Origin: Paramoeba atlantica
Taxonomy: Eukaryota > Protista > Discosea
Length of the DNA: 64,000 bases
Direction of reading: 5' to 3'
Assembly (NCBI GenBank): GCA_977017575.1
Contig: CDRNVI010000047.1
Location: 124,001-188,000, forward strand
The notes beneath the pieces were generated by a model. The model did no database searches and was not told the DNA's origin. It worked only from the letters and a program-made list of their open reading frames with translations. Shown here piece after piece: positions 1 to 15,000 of this stretch. The translations under genes were made by a program, and so were the position numbers. Each line of letters opens with the position of its first letter. Position 1 is the stretch's first letter.

Positions 1-3000
1 CGCGCAGCACGCAGCGGTGCGCCAAATAAGATTTATGCACTCGTGAGTGCGCGCTCCGAATGTTGATGGATTTGCGTTGCGCGATCCGAGGCACCGCACA
101 CGCGAATCGCCGCGATCGAAGTCGTGAAGTCGCAAAACTTTGATATGCCTTTTTCTGAAAACCGAAAGCTGAGACCACGCGCAGCACGCAGCGGTGCGCC
201 AAAGTGGATTTATGCACTCTTGAGTGTGCGCTGCGAATGTTGATGGATTTGCGTTGCGCGATCCGAGACAACGCACTCGCAAATCGCCGCGATTGAAGTC
301 GTGAAGTCACAAAATTTTGATATGCCTTTTTCTGAGAACCGAAAGCTGAGACCACGCGCAGCACGCAGCGGTGCGCCAAAGTGGATTTATGCACTCGTGA
401 GTGCGCGCTCCGAATGTTGATGGATTTGCGTTGCGCGATCCGAGACAACGCACACGCGAATCGCCGCGATTGAAGTCGTGAAGTCACAAAACTTTGATAT
501 GCCTTTTTCTGAAAACCAAAAACTGAGACCACGCGCAGCAGCAGCGGTGCGCCAAAGTGGACTTATGCACTATTGAGTGCGCGCTCCGAATGTTGATGGA
601 TTTGCGTTGCGCGATCCGAGACAACGCACACGCGAATCGCCGCGATTGAAGTCGTGAAGTCACAAAACTTTGATATGCCTTTTTCTGAAAACCGAAAGCT
701 GAGACCACGCGCAGCACGCAGCGGTGCGCCAAAGTGGATTTATGCACTCTTGAGTGTGCGCTGAGAATGTTGATGGATTTGCGTTGCGCGATCCGAGACA
801 ACGCACTCGCAAATCGCCGCGATTGAAGTCGTGAAGTCACAAAATTTTGATATGCCTTTTTCTGAGAACCGAAAGCTGAGACCACGCGCAGCACGCAGCG
901 GTGCGCCAAAGTGGATTTATGCACTCGTGAGTGCGCGCTCCGAATGTTGATGGATTTGCGTTGCGCGATCCGAGACAACGCACACGCGAATCGCCGCGAT
1001 TGAAGTCGTGAAGTCACAAAACTTTGATATGCCTTTTTCTGAAAACCGAAAGCTGAGACCACGCGCAGCACGCAGCGGTGCGCCAAAGTGGATTTATGCA
1101 CTCTTGAGTGTGCGCTGCGAATGTTGATGGATTTGCGTTGCGCGATCCGAGACAACGCACTCGCAAATCGCCGCGATTGAAGTCGTGAAGTCACAAAATT
1201 TTGATATGCCTTTTTCTGAGAACCGAAAGCTGAGACCACGCGCAGCACGCAGCGGTGCGCCAAATAAGATTTATGAACTCGTGATTGAGCGCTCCGAATG
1301 TTTATGGATTTGCGTTGCGCGATCCGAGGCACCGCACACGCAAATCGCCTCGATTAAAGTCGTGAAGTCGCAAAACTTTGATATGCCTTTTTCTGAAAAC
1401 CGAAAGCTGAGACCACGCGCAGCACGCAGCGGTGCGCCAAATAAGATTTATGCACTCGTGAGTGCGCGCTCCGAATGTTGATGGATTTGCGTTGCGCGAT
1501 CCGAGGCACCGCACACGCAAATCGCCGCGATCGAAGTCGTGAAGTCGCAAAACTTTGATATGCCTTTTTCTGAGAACCGAAAGCTGAGACCACGCGCAGC
1601 ACGCAGCGGTGCGCCAAATAAGATTTATGCACTTGTGAGTGCGCGCTCCGAATGTTGATGGATTTGCGTTGCGCGATCCGAGGCACCGCACACGCAAATC
1701 GCCTCGATTGAAGTCGTGAAGTCGCAAAACTTTGATATGCCTTTTTCTGAAAACCGAAAGCTGAGACCACGCGCAGCACGCAGCGGTGCGCCAAATAAGA
1801 TTTATGCACTCGTGAGTGCGCGCTCCGAATGTTGATGGATTTGCGTTGCGCGATCCGAGGCACCGCACACGCAAATCGCCTCGATTGAAGTCGTGAAGTC
1901 GCAAAACTTTGATATGCCTTTTTCTGAGAACCGAAAGCTGAGACCACGCGCAGCACGCAGCGGTGCGCCAAATAAGATTTATGCACTCGTGAGTGCGCGC
2001 TCCGAATGTTGATGGATTTGCGTTGCGCGATCCGAGGCACCGCACACGCAAATCGCCTCGATTGAAGTCGTGAAGTCGCAAAACTTTGATATGCCTTTTT
2101 CTGAAAACCGAAAGCTGAGACCACGCGCAGCACGCAGCGGTGCGCCAAATAAGATTTATGCACTCGTGAGTGCGCGCTCCGAATGTTGATGGATTTGCGT
2201 TGCGCGATCCGAGGCACCGCACACGCAAATCGCCTCGATTGAAGTCGTGAAGTCGCAAAACTTTGATATGCCTTTTTCTGAGAACCGAAAGCTGAGACCA
2301 CGCGCAGCACGCAGCGGTGCGCCAAATAAGATTTATGCACTCGTGAGTGCGCGCTCCGAATGTTGATGGATTTGCGTTGCGCGATCCGAGGCACCGCACA
2401 CGCAAATCGCCGCGATCGAAGTCGTGAAGTCGCAAAACTTTGATATGCCTTTTTCTGAGAACCGAAAGCTGAGACCACGCGCAGCACGCAGCGGTGCGCC
2501 AAATAAGATTTATGCACTCGTGAGTGCGCGCTCCGAATGTTGATGGATTTGCGTTGCGCGATCCGAGGCACCGCACACGCAAATCGCCTCGATTGAAGTC
2601 GTGAAGTCACAAAACTTTGATATGCCTTTTTCTGAGAACCGAAAGCTGAGACCACGCGCAGCACGCAGCGGTGCGCCAAAGTGGATTTATGCACTCTTGA
2701 GTGTGCGCTGTGAATGTTGATGGATTTGCGTTGCGCGATCCGAGACAACGCACTCGCAAATCGCCGCGATTGAAGTCGTGAAGTCACAAAATTTTGATAT
2801 GCCTTTTTCTGAGAACCGAAAGCTGAGACCACGCGCAGCACGCAGCGGTGCGCCAAATAAGATTTATGAACTCGTGATTGAGCGCTCCGAATGTTTATGG
2901 ATTTGCGTTGCGCGATCCGAGGCACCGCACACGCAAATCGCCTCGATTGAAGTCATGAAGTCGCAAAACTTTGATATGCCTTTTTCTGAGAACCGAAAGC

Positions 3001-6000
3001 TGAGACCACGCGCAGCACGCAGCGGTGCGCCAAATAAGATTTATGCACTCGTGAGTGCGCGCTCCGAATGTTGATGGATTTGCGTTGCGCGATCCGAGGC
3101 ACCGCACACGCAAATCGCCTCGATTGAAGTCGTGAAGTCGCAAAACTTTGATATGCCTTTTTCTGAAAACCGAAAGCTGAGACCACGCGCAGCACGCAGC
3201 GGTGCGCCAAATAAGATTTATGCACTCGTGAGTGCGCGCTCCGAATGTTGATGGATTTGCGTTGCGCGATCCGAGGCACCGCACACGCAAATCGCCGCGA
3301 TCGAAGTCGTGAAGTCGCAAAACTTTGATATGCCTTTTTCTGAGAACCGAAAGCTGAGACCACGCGCAGCACGCAGCGGTGCGCCAAATAAGATTTATGC
3401 ACTCGTGAGTGCGCGCTCCGAATGTTGATGGATTTGCGTTGCGCGATCCGAGGCACCGCACACGCAAATCGCCTCGATTGAAGTCGTGAAGTCACAAAAC
3501 TTTGATATGCCTTTTTCTGAGAACCGAAAGCTGAGACCACGCGCAGCACGCAGCGGTGCGCCAAATAAGATTTATGCACTCGTGAGTGCGCGCTCCGAAT
3601 GTTGATGGATTTGCGTTGCGCGATCCGAGGCACCGCACACGCAAATCGCCTCGATTGAAGTCGTGAAGTCGCAAAACTTTGATATGCCTTTTTCTGAAAA
3701 CCGAAAGCTGAGACCACGCGCAGCACGCAGCGGTGCGCCAAATAAGATTTATGCACTCGTGAGTGCGCGCTCCGAATGTTGATGGATTTGCGTTGCGCGA
3801 TCCGAGGCACCGCACACGCAAATCGCCTCGATCGAAGTCGTGAAGTCGCAAAACTTTGATATGCCTTTTTCTGAGAACCGAAAGCTGAGACCACGCGCAG
3901 CACGCAGCGGTGCGCCAAATAAGATTTATGCACTCGTGAGTGCGCGCTCCGAATGTTGATGGATTTGCGTTGCGCGATCCGAGGCACCGCACACGCAAAT
4001 CGCCTCGATTGAAGTCGTGAAGTCGCAAAACTTTGATATGCCTTTTTCTGAAAACCGAAAGCTGAGACCACGCGCAGCACGCAGCGGTGCGCCAAATAAG
4101 ATTTATGCACTCGTGAGTGCGCGCTCCGAATGTTGATGGATTTGCGTTGCGCGATCCGAGGCACCGCACACGCAAATCGCCGCGATCGAAGTCGTGAAGT
4201 CGCAAAACTTTGATATGCCTTTTTCTGAGAACCGAAAGCTAAGACCACGCGCAGCACGCAGCGGTGCGCCAAATAAGATTTATGCACTCGTGAGTGCGCG
4301 CTCCGAATGTTGATGGATTTGCGTTGCGCGATCCGAGGCACCGCACACGCAAATCGCCTCGATTGAAGTCGTGAAGTCACAAAACTTTGATATGCCTTTT
4401 TCTGAGAACCGAAAGCTGAGACCACGCGCAGCACGCAGCGGTGCGCCAAATAAGATTTATGCACTCGTGAGTGCGCGCTCCGAATGTTGATGGATTTGCG
4501 TTGCGCGATCCGAGGCACCGCACACGCAAATCGCCTCGATTGAAGTCGTGAAGTCGCAAAACTTTGATATGCCTTTTTCTGAAAACCGAAAGCTGAGACC
4601 ACGCGCAGCACGCAGCGGTGCGCCAAATAAGATTTATGCACTCGTGAGTGCGCGCTCCGAATGTTGATGGATTTGCGTTGCGCGATCCGAGGCACCGCAC
4701 ACGCAAATCGCCGCGATCGAAGTCGTGAAGTCGCAAAACTTTGATATGCCTTTTTCTGAGAACCGAAAGCTGAGACCACGCGCAGCACGCAGCGGTGCGC
4801 CAAATAAGATTTATGCACTCGTGAGTGCGCGCTCCGAATGTTGATGGATTTGCGTTGCGCGATCCGAGGCACCGCACACGCAAATCGCCTCGATTGAAGT
4901 CGTGAAGTCACAAAACTTTGATATGCCTTTTTCTGAGAACCGAAAGCTGAGACCACGCGCAGCACGCAGCGGTGCGCCAAAGTGGATTTATGCACTCGTG
5001 AGTGCGCGCTCCGAATGTTGATGGATTTGCGTTGCGCGATCCGAGGCACCGCACACGCAAATCGCCTCGATTGAAGTCGTGAAGTCGCAAAACTTTGATA
5101 TGCCTTTTTCTGAGAACCGAAAGCTGAGACCACGCGCAGCACGCAGCGGTGCGCCAAATAAGATTTATGCACTCGTGAGTGCGCGCTCCGAATGTTGATG
5201 GATTTGCGTTGCGCGATCCGAGGCACCGCACACGCAAATCGCCGCGATCGAAGTCGTGAAGTCGCAAAACTTTGATATGCCTTTTTCTGAGAACCGAAAG
5301 CTGAGACCACGCGCAGCACGCAGCGGTGCGCCAAATAAGATTTATGCACTCGTGAGTGCGCGCTCCGAATGTTGATGGATTTGCGTTGCGCGATCCGAGG
5401 CACCGCACACGCAAATCGCCTCGATTGAAGTCGTGAAGTCACAAAACTTTGATATGCCTTTTTCTGAGAACCGAAAGCTGAGACCACGCGCAGCACGCAG
5501 CGGTGCGCCAAATAAGATTTATGCACTCGTGAGTGCGCGCTCCGAATGTTGATGGATTTGCGTTGCGCGATCCGAGGCACCGCACACGCAAATCGCCTCG
5601 ATTGAAGTCGTGAAGTCGCAAAACTTTGATATGCCTTTTTCTGAGAACCGAAAGCTGAGACCACGCGCAGCACGCAGCGGTGCGCCAAATAAGATTTATG
5701 CACTCGTGAGTGCGCGCTCCGAATGTTGATGGATTTGCGTTGCGCGATCCGAGGCACCGCACACGCAAATCGCCGCGATCGAAGTCGTGAAGTCGCAAAA
5801 CTTTGATATGCCTTTTTCTGAGAACCGAAAGCTGAGACCACGCGCAGCACGCAGCGGTGCGCCAAATAAGATTTATGCACTCGTGAGTGCGCGCTCCGAA
5901 TGTTGATGGATTTGCGTTGCGCGATCCGAGGCACCGCACACGCAAATCGCCTCGATTGAAGTCGTGAAGTCACAAAACTTTGATATGCCTTTTTCTGAGA

Positions 6001-9000
6001 ACCGAAAGCTGAGACCACGCGCAGCACGCAGCGGTGCGCCAAAGTGGATTTATGCACTCTTGAGTGTGCGCTGTGAATGTTGATGGATTTGCGTTGCGCG
6101 ATCCGAGACAACGCACTCGCAAATCGCCGCGATTGAAGTCGTGAAGTCACAAAATTTTGATATGCCTTTTTCTGAGAACCGAAAGCTGAGACCACGCGCA
6201 GCACGCAGCGGTGCGCCAAATAAGATTTATGAACTCGTGATTGAGCGCTCCGAATGTTTATGGATTTGCGTTGCGCGATCCGAGGCACCGCACACGCAAA
6301 TCGCCTCGATTGAAGTCGTGAAGTCGCAAAACTTTGATATGCCTTTTTCTGAAAACCGAAAGCTGAGACCACGCGCAGCACGCAGCGGTGCGCCAAATAA
6401 GATTTATGCACTCGTGAGTGCGCGCTCCGAATGTTGATGGATTTGCGTTGCGCGATCCGAGGCACCGCACACGCAAATCGCCGCGATCGAAGTCGTGAAG
6501 TCGCAAAACTTTGATATGCCTTTTTCTGAAAACCGAAAGCTGAGACCACGCGCAGCACGCAGCGGTGCGCCAAATAAGATTTATGCACTCGTGAGTGCGC
6601 GCTCCGAATGTTGATGGATTTGCGTTGCGCGATCCGAGGCACCGCACACGCAAATCGCCTCGATTGAAGTCGTGAAGTCGCAAAACTTTGATATGCCTTT
6701 TTCTGAAAACCGAAAGCTGAGACCACGCGCAGCACGCAGCGGTGCGCCAAATAAGATTTATGCACTCGTGAGTGCGCGCTCCGAATGTTGATGGATTTGC
6801 GTTGCGCGATCCGAGGCACCGCACACGCAAATCGCCGCGATCGAAGTCGTGAAGTCGCAAAACTTTGATATGCCTTTTTCTGAGAACCGAAAGCTGAGAC
6901 CACGCGCAGCACGCAGCGGTGCGCCAAATAAGATTTATGCACTCGTGAGTGCGCGCTCCGAATGTTGATGGATTTGCGTTGCGCGATCCGAGGCACCGCA
7001 CACGCAAATCGCCTCGATTGAAGTCGTGAAGTCACAAAACTTTGATATGCCTTTTTCTGAGAACCGAAAGCTGAGACCACGCGCAGCACGCAGCGGTGCG
7101 CCAAATAAGATTTATGCACTCGTGAGTGCGCGCTCCGAATGTTGATGGATTTGCGTTGCGCGATCCGAGGCACCGCACACGCAAATCGCCTCTATTGAAG
7201 TCGTGAAGTCGCAAAACTTTGATATGCCTTTTTCTGAAAACCGAAAGCTGAGACCACGCGCAGCACGCAGCGGTGCGCCAAATAAGATTTATGCACTCGT
7301 GAGTGCGCGCTCCGAATGTTGATGGATTTGCGTTGCGCGATCCGAGGCACCGCACACGCAAATCGCCGCGATCGAAGTCGTGAAGTCGCAAAACTTTGAT
7401 ATGCCTTTTTCTGAGAACCGAAAGCTGAGACCACGCGCAGCACGCAGCGGTGCGCCAAATAAGATTTATGCACTCGTGAGTGCGCGCTCCGAATGTTGAT
7501 GGATTTGCGTTGCGCGATCCGAGGCACCGCACACGCAAATCGCCTCGATTGAAGTCGTGAAGTCACAAAACTTTGATATGCCTTTTTCTGAGAACCGAAA
7601 GCTGAGACCACGCGCAGCACGCAGCGGTGCGCCAAATAAGATTTATGCACTCGTGAGTGCGCGCTCCGAATGTTGATGGATTTGCGTTGCGCGATCCGAG
7701 GCACCGCACACGCAAATCGCCGCGATCGAAGTCGTGAAGTCGCAAAACTTTGATATGCCTTTTTCTGAAAACCGAAAGCTGGGACCACGCGCAGCACGCA
7801 GCGGTGCGCCAAAGTGGATTTATACACTCGTGAGTGTGCGCTCCGAGTGTTGATGGATTTGCGTTGCGCGATCCGAGACAACGCACACGCGAATCGCCTC
7901 GATTGAAGTCGTGAAGTCGCAAAACTTTGATATGCCTTTTTCTGAAAACCGAAAGCTGAGACCACGAGCAGCACGCAGCGGTGCGCCAAATAAGATTTAT
8001 GCACTCGTGAGTGCGCGCTCCGAATGTTGATGGATTTGCGTTGCGCGATCCGAGGCACCGCACACGCAAATCGCCTCGATTGAAGTCGTGAAGTCGCAAA
8101 ACTTTGATATGCCTTTTTCTGAGAACCGAAAGCTGAGACCACGCGCAGCACGCAGCGGTGCGCCAAATAAGATTTATGCACTCGTGAGTGCGCGCTCCGA
8201 ATGTTGATGGATTTGCGTTGCGCGATCCGAGGCACCGCACACGCAAATCGCCTCGATTGAAGTCGTGAAGTCGCAAAACTTTGATATGCCTTTTTCTGAG
8301 AACCGAAAGCTGAGACCACGCGCAGCACGCAGCGGTGCGCCAAATAAGATTTATGCACTCGTGAGTGCGCGCTCCGAATGTTGATGGATTTGCGTTGCGC
8401 GATCCGAGGCACCGCACACGCAAATCGCCGCGATCGAAGTCGTGAAGTCGCAAAACTTTGATATGCCTTTTTCTGAGAACCGAAAGCTGAGACCACGCGC
8501 AGCACGCAGCGGTGCGCCAAATAAGATTTATGCACTCGTGAGTGCGCGCTCCGAATGTTGATGGATTTGCGTTGCGCGATCCGAGGCACCGCACACGCAA
8601 ATCGCCTCGATTGAAGTCGTGAAGTCACAAAACTTTGATATGCCTTTTTCTGAGAACCGAAAGCTGAGACCACGCGCAGCACGCAGCGGTGCGCCAAATA
8701 AGATTTATGCACTCGTGAGTGCGCGCTCCGAATGTTGATGGATTTGCGTTGCGCGATCCGAGGCACCGCACACGCAAATCGCCGCGATCGAAGTCGTGAA
8801 GTCGCAAAACTTTGATATGCCTTTTTCTGAAAACCGAAAGCTGGGACCACGCGCAGCACGCAGCGGTGCGCCAAAGTGGATTTATACACTCGTGAGTGTG
8901 CGCTCCGAGTGTTGATGGATTTGCGTTGCGCGATCCGAGACAACGCACACGCGAATCGCCTCGATTGAAGTCGTGAAGTCGCAAAACTTTGATATGCCTT

Positions 9001-12000
9001 TTTCTGAAAACCGAAAGCTGAGACCACGCGCAGCACGCAGCGGTGCGCCAAATAAGATTTATGCACTCGTGAGTGCGCGCTCCGAATGTTGATGGATTTG
9101 CGTTGCGCGATCCGAGGCACCGCACACGCAAATCGCCTCGATTGAAGTCGTGAAGTCGCAAAACTTTGATATGCCTTTTTCTGAGAACCGAAAGCTGAGA
9201 CCACGCGCAGCACGCAGCGGTGCGCCAAATAAGATTTATGCACTCGTGAGTGCGCGCTCCGAATGTTGATGGATTTGCGTTGCGCGATCCGAGGCACCGC
9301 ACACGCAAATCGCCTCGATTGAAGTCGTGAAGTCGCAAAACTTTGATATGCCTTTTTCTGAGAACCGAAAGCTGAGACCACGCGCAGCACGCAGCGGTGC
9401 GCCAAATAAGATTTATGCACTCGTGAGTGCGCGCTCCGAATGTTGATGGATTTGCGTTGCGCGATCCGAGGCACCGCACACGCAAATCGCCGCGATCGAA
9501 GTCGTGAAGTCGCAAAACTTTGATATGCCTTTTTCTGAGAACCGAAAGCTGAGACCACGCGCAGCACGCAGCGGTGCGCCAAATAAGATTTATGCACTCG
9601 TGAGTGCGCGCTCCGAATGTTGATGGATTTGCGTTGCGCGATCCGAGGCACCGCACACGCAAATCGCCTCGATTGAAGTCGTGAAGTCACAAAACTTTGA
9701 TATGCCTTTTTCTGAGAACCGAAAGCTGAGACCACGCGCAGCACGCAGCGGTGCGCCAAAGTGGATTTATGCACTCTTGAGTGCGCGCTCCGAATGTTGA
9801 TGGATTTGCGTTGCGCGATCCGAGGCACCGCACACGCAAATCGCCGCGATCGAAGTCGTGAAGTCGCAAAACTTTGATATGCCTTTTTCTGAGAACCGAA
9901 AGCTGAGACCACGCGCAGCACGCAGCGGTGCGCCAAATAAGATTTATGCACTCGTGAGTGCGCGCTCCGAATGTTGATGGATTTGCGTTGCGCGATCCGA
10001 GGCACCGCACACGCAAATCGCCTCGATTGAAGTCGTGAAGTCACAAAACTTTGATATGCCTTTTTCTGAGAACCGAAAGCTGAGACCACGCGCAGCACGC
10101 AGCGGTGCGCCAAATAAGATTTATGCACTCGTGAGTGCGCGCTCCGAATGTTGATGGATTTGCGTTGCGCGATCCGAGGCACCGCACACGCAAATCGCCT
10201 CGATTGAAGTCGTGAAGTCGCAAAACTTTGATATGCCTTTTTCTGAAAACCGAAAGCTGAGACCACGCGCAGCACGCAGCGGTGCGCCAAATAAGATTTA
10301 TGCACTCGTGAGTGCGCGCTCCGAATGTTGATGGATTTGCGTTGCGCGATCCGAGGCACCGCACACGCAAATCGCCTCGATCGAAGTCGTGAAGTCGCAA
10401 AACTTTGATATGCCTTTTTCTGAGAACCGAAAGCTGAGACCACGCGCAGCACGCAGCGGTGCGCCAAATAAGATTTATGCACTCGTGAGTGCGCGCTCCG
10501 AATGTTGATGGATTTGCGTTGCGCGATCCGAGGCACCGCACACGCAAATCGCCTCGATTGAAGTCGTGAAGTCGCAAAACTTTGATATGCCTTTTTCTGA
10601 AAACCGAAAGCTGAGACCACGCGCAGCACGCAGCGGTGCGCCAAATAAGATTTATGCACTCGTGAGTGCGCGCTCCGAATGTTGATGGATTTGCGTTGCG
10701 CGATCCGAGGCACCGCACACGCAAATCGCCGCGATCGAAGTCGTGAAGTCGCAAAACTTTGATATGCCTTTTTCTGAGAACCGAAAGCTAAGACCACGCG
10801 CAGCACGCAGCGGTGCGCCAAATAAGATTTATGCACTCGTGAGTGCGCGCTCCGAATGTTGATGGATTTGCGTTGCGCGATCCGAGGCACCGCACACGCA
10901 AATCGCCTCGATTGAAGTCGTGAAGTCACAAAACTTTGATATGCCTTTTTCTGAGAACCGAAAGCTGAGACCACGCGCAGCACGCAGCGGTGCGCCAAAT
11001 AAGATTTATGCACTCGTGAGTGCGCGCTCCGAATGTTGATGGATTTGCGTTGCGCGATCCGAGGCACCGCACACGCAAATCGCCTCGATTGAAGTCGTGA
11101 AGTCGCAAAACTTTGATATGCCTTTTTCTGAAAACCGAAAGCTGAGACCACGCGCAGCACGCAGCGGTGCGCCAAATAAGATTTATGCACTCGTGAGTGC
11201 GCGCTCCGAATGTTGATGGATTTGCGTTGCGCGATCCGAGGCACCGCACACGCAAATCGCCGCGATCGAAGTCGTGAAGTCGCAAAACTTTGATATGCCT
11301 TTTTCTGAGAACCGAAAGCTGAGACCACGCGCAGCACGCAGCGGTGCGCCAAATAAGATTTATGCACTCGTGAGTGCGCGCTCCGAATGTTGATGGATTT
11401 GCGTTGCGCGATCCGAGGCACCGCACACGCAAATCGCCTCGATTGAAGTCGTGAAGTCGCAAAACTTTGATATGCCTTTTTCTGAGAACCGAAAGCTGAG
11501 ACCACGCGCAGCACGTAGCGGTGCGCCAAATAAGATTTATGCACTCGTGAGTGCGCGCTCCGAATGTTGATGGATTTGCGTTGCGCGATCCGAGGCACCG
11601 CACACGCAAATCGCCTCGATTGAAGTCGTGAAGTCACAAAACTTTGATATGCCTTTTTCTGAGAACCGAAAGCTGAGACCACGCGCAGCACGCAGCGGTG
11701 CGCCAAATAAGATTTATGCACTCGTGAGTGCGCGCTCCGAATGTTGATGGATTTGCGTTGCGCGATCCGAGGCACCGCACACGCAAATCGCCGCGATCGA
11801 AGTCGTGAAGTCGCAAAACTTTGATATGCCTTTTTCTGAGAACCGAAAGCTGAGACCACGCGCAGCACGCAGCGGTGCGCCAAATAAGATTTATGCACTC
11901 GTGAGTGCGCGCTCCGAATGTTGATGGATTTGCGTTGCGCGATCCGAGGCACCGCACACGCAAATCGCCTCGATTGAAGTCGTGAAGTCGCAAAACTTTG

Positions 12001-15000
12001 ATATGCCTTTTTCTGAGAACCGAAAGCTGAGACCACGCGCAGCACGCAGCGGTGCGCCAAATAAGATTTATGCACTCGTGAGTGCGCGCTCCGAATGTTG
12101 ATGGATTTGCGTTGCGCGATCCGAGGCACCGCACACGCAAATCGCCGCGATCGAAGTCGTGAAGTCGCAAAACTTTGATATGCCTTTTTCTGAGAACCGA
12201 AAGCTGAGACCACGCGCAGCACGCAGCGGTGCGCCAAATAAGATTTATGCACTCGTGAGTGCGCGCTCCGAATGTTGATGGATTTGCGTTGCGCGATCCG
12301 AGGCACCGCACACGCAAATCGCCTCGATTGAAGTCGTGAAGTCACAAAACTTTGATATGCCTTTTTCTGAGAACCGAAAGCTGAGACCACGCGCAGCACG
12401 CAGCGGTGCGCCAAAGTGGATTTATGCACTCTTGAGTGTGCGCTGTGAATGTTGATGGATTTGCGTTGCGCGATCCGAGACAACGCACTCGCAAATCGCC
12501 GCGATTGAAGTCGTGAAGTCACAAAATTTTGATATGCCTTTTTCTGAGAACCGAAAGCTGAGACCACGCGCAGCACGCAGCGGTGCGCCAAATAAGATTT
12601 ATGAACTCGTGATTGAGCGCTCCGAATGTTTATGGATTTGCGTTGCGCGATCCGAGGCACCGCACACGCAAATCGCCTCGATTGAAGTCATGAAGTCGCA
12701 AAACTTTGATATGCCTTTTTCTGAGAACCGAAAGCTGAGACCACGCGCAGCACGCAGCGGTGCGCCAAATAAGATTTATGCACTCGTGAGTGCGCGCTCC
12801 GAATGTTGATGGATTTGCGTTGCGCGATCCGAGGCACCGCACACGCAAATCGCCACGATTGAAGTCGTGAAGTCGCAAAACTTTGATATGCCTTTTTCTG
12901 AAAACCGAAAGCTGAGACCACGCGCAGCACGCAGCGGTGCGCCAAATAAGATTTATGCACTCGTGAGTGCGCGCTCCGAATGTTGATGGATTTGCGTTGC
13001 GCGATCCGAGGCACCGCACACGCAAATCGCCGCGATCGAAGTCGTGAAGTCGCAAAACTTTGATATGCCTTTTTCTGAGAACCGAAAGCTGAGACCACGC
13101 GCAGCACGCAGCGGTGCGCCAAATAAGATTTATGCACTCGTGAGTGCGCGCTCCGAATGTTGATGGATTTGCGTTGCGCGATCCGAGGCACCGCACACGC
13201 AAATCGCCTCGATTGAAGTCGTGAAGTCACAAAACTTTGATATGCCTTTTTCTGAGAACCGAAAGCTGAGACCACGCGCAGCACGCAGCGGTGCGCCAAA
13301 TAAGATTTATGCACTCGTGAGTGCGCGCTCCGAATGTTGATGGATTTGCGTTGCGCGATCCGAGGCACCGCACACGCAAATCGCCTCGATTGAAGTCGTG
13401 AAGTCACAAAACTTTGATATGCCTTTTTCTGAAAACCGAAAGCTGAGACCACGCGAAGCACGTAGCGGTGCGCCAAATAAGATTTATGCACTCGTGATTG
13501 CGCGCTCCGAATGTTGATGGATTTGCGTTGCGCGATCCGAGGCACCGCACACGCGAATCGCCGCGATCGAAGTCGTGAAGTCGCAAAACTTTGATATGCC
13601 TTTTTCTGAAAACCGAAAGCTGGCACCACGCGCAGCACGCAGCGGTGCGCCAAATAAGATTTATGCACTCTTGAGTGTGCGCTGCGAATGTTGATGGATT
13701 TGCGTTGCGCGATCCGAGGCACCGCACACGCAAATCGCCTCGATTGAAGTCGTGAAGTCACAAAACTTTGATATGCCTTTTTCTGAGAACCGAAAGCTGA
13801 GACCACGCGCAGCACGCAGCGGTGCGCCAAATAAGATTTATGCACTCGTGAGTGCGCGCTCCGAATGTTGATGGATTTGCGTTGCGCGATCCGAGGCACC
13901 GCACACGCAAATCGCCTCGATTGAAGTCGTGAAGTCGCAAAACTTTGATATGCCTTTTTCTGAAAACCGAAAGCTGAGACCACGCGCAGCACGCAGCGGT
14001 GCGCCAAATAAGATTTATGCACTCGTGAGTGCGCGCTCCGAATGTTGATGGATTTGCGTTGCGCGATCCGAGGCACCGCACACGCAAATCGCCTCGATTG
14101 AAGTCGTGAAGTCGCAAAACTTTGATATGCCTTTTTCTGAAAACCGAAAGCTGAGACCACGCGCAGCACGCAGCGGTGCGCCAAATAAGATTTATGCACT
14201 CGTGAGTGCGCGCTCCGAATGTTGATGGATTTGCGTTGCGCGATCCGAGGCACCGCACACGCAAATCGCCGCGATCGAAGTCGTGAAGTCGCAAAACTTT
14301 GATATGCCTTTTTCTGAGAACCGAAAGCTGAGACCACGCGCAGCACGCAGCGGTGCGCCAAATAAGATTTATGCACTCGTGAGTGCGCGCTCCGAATGTT
14401 GATGGATTTGCGTTGCGCGATCCGAGGCACCGCACACGCAAATCGCCTCGATTGAAGTCGTGAAGTCACAAAACTTTGATATGCCTTTTTCTGAGAACCG
14501 AAAGCTGAGACCACGCGCAGCACGCAGCGGTGCGCCAAATAAGATTTATGCACTCGTGAGTGCGCGCTCCGAATGTTGATGGATTTGCGTTGCGCGATCC
14601 GAGGCACCGCACACGCAAATCGCCTCGATTGAAGTCGTGAAGTCGCAAAACTTTGATATGCCTTTTTCTGAAAACCGAAAGCTGAGACCACGCGCAGCAC
14701 GCAGCGGTGCGCCAAATAAGATTTATGCACTCGTGAGTGCGCGCTCCGAATGTTGATGGATTTGCGTTGCGCGATCCGAGGCACCGCACACGCAAATCGC
14801 CGCGATCGAAGTCGTGAAGTCGCAAAACTTTGATATGCCTTTTTCTGAGAACCGAAAGCTGAGACCACGCGCAGCACGCAGCGGTGCGCCAAATAAGATT
14901 TATGCACTCGTGAGTGCGCGCTCCGAATGTTGATGGATTTGCGTTGCGCGATCCGAGGCACCGCACACGCAAATCGCCTCGATTGAAGTCGTGAAGTCAC

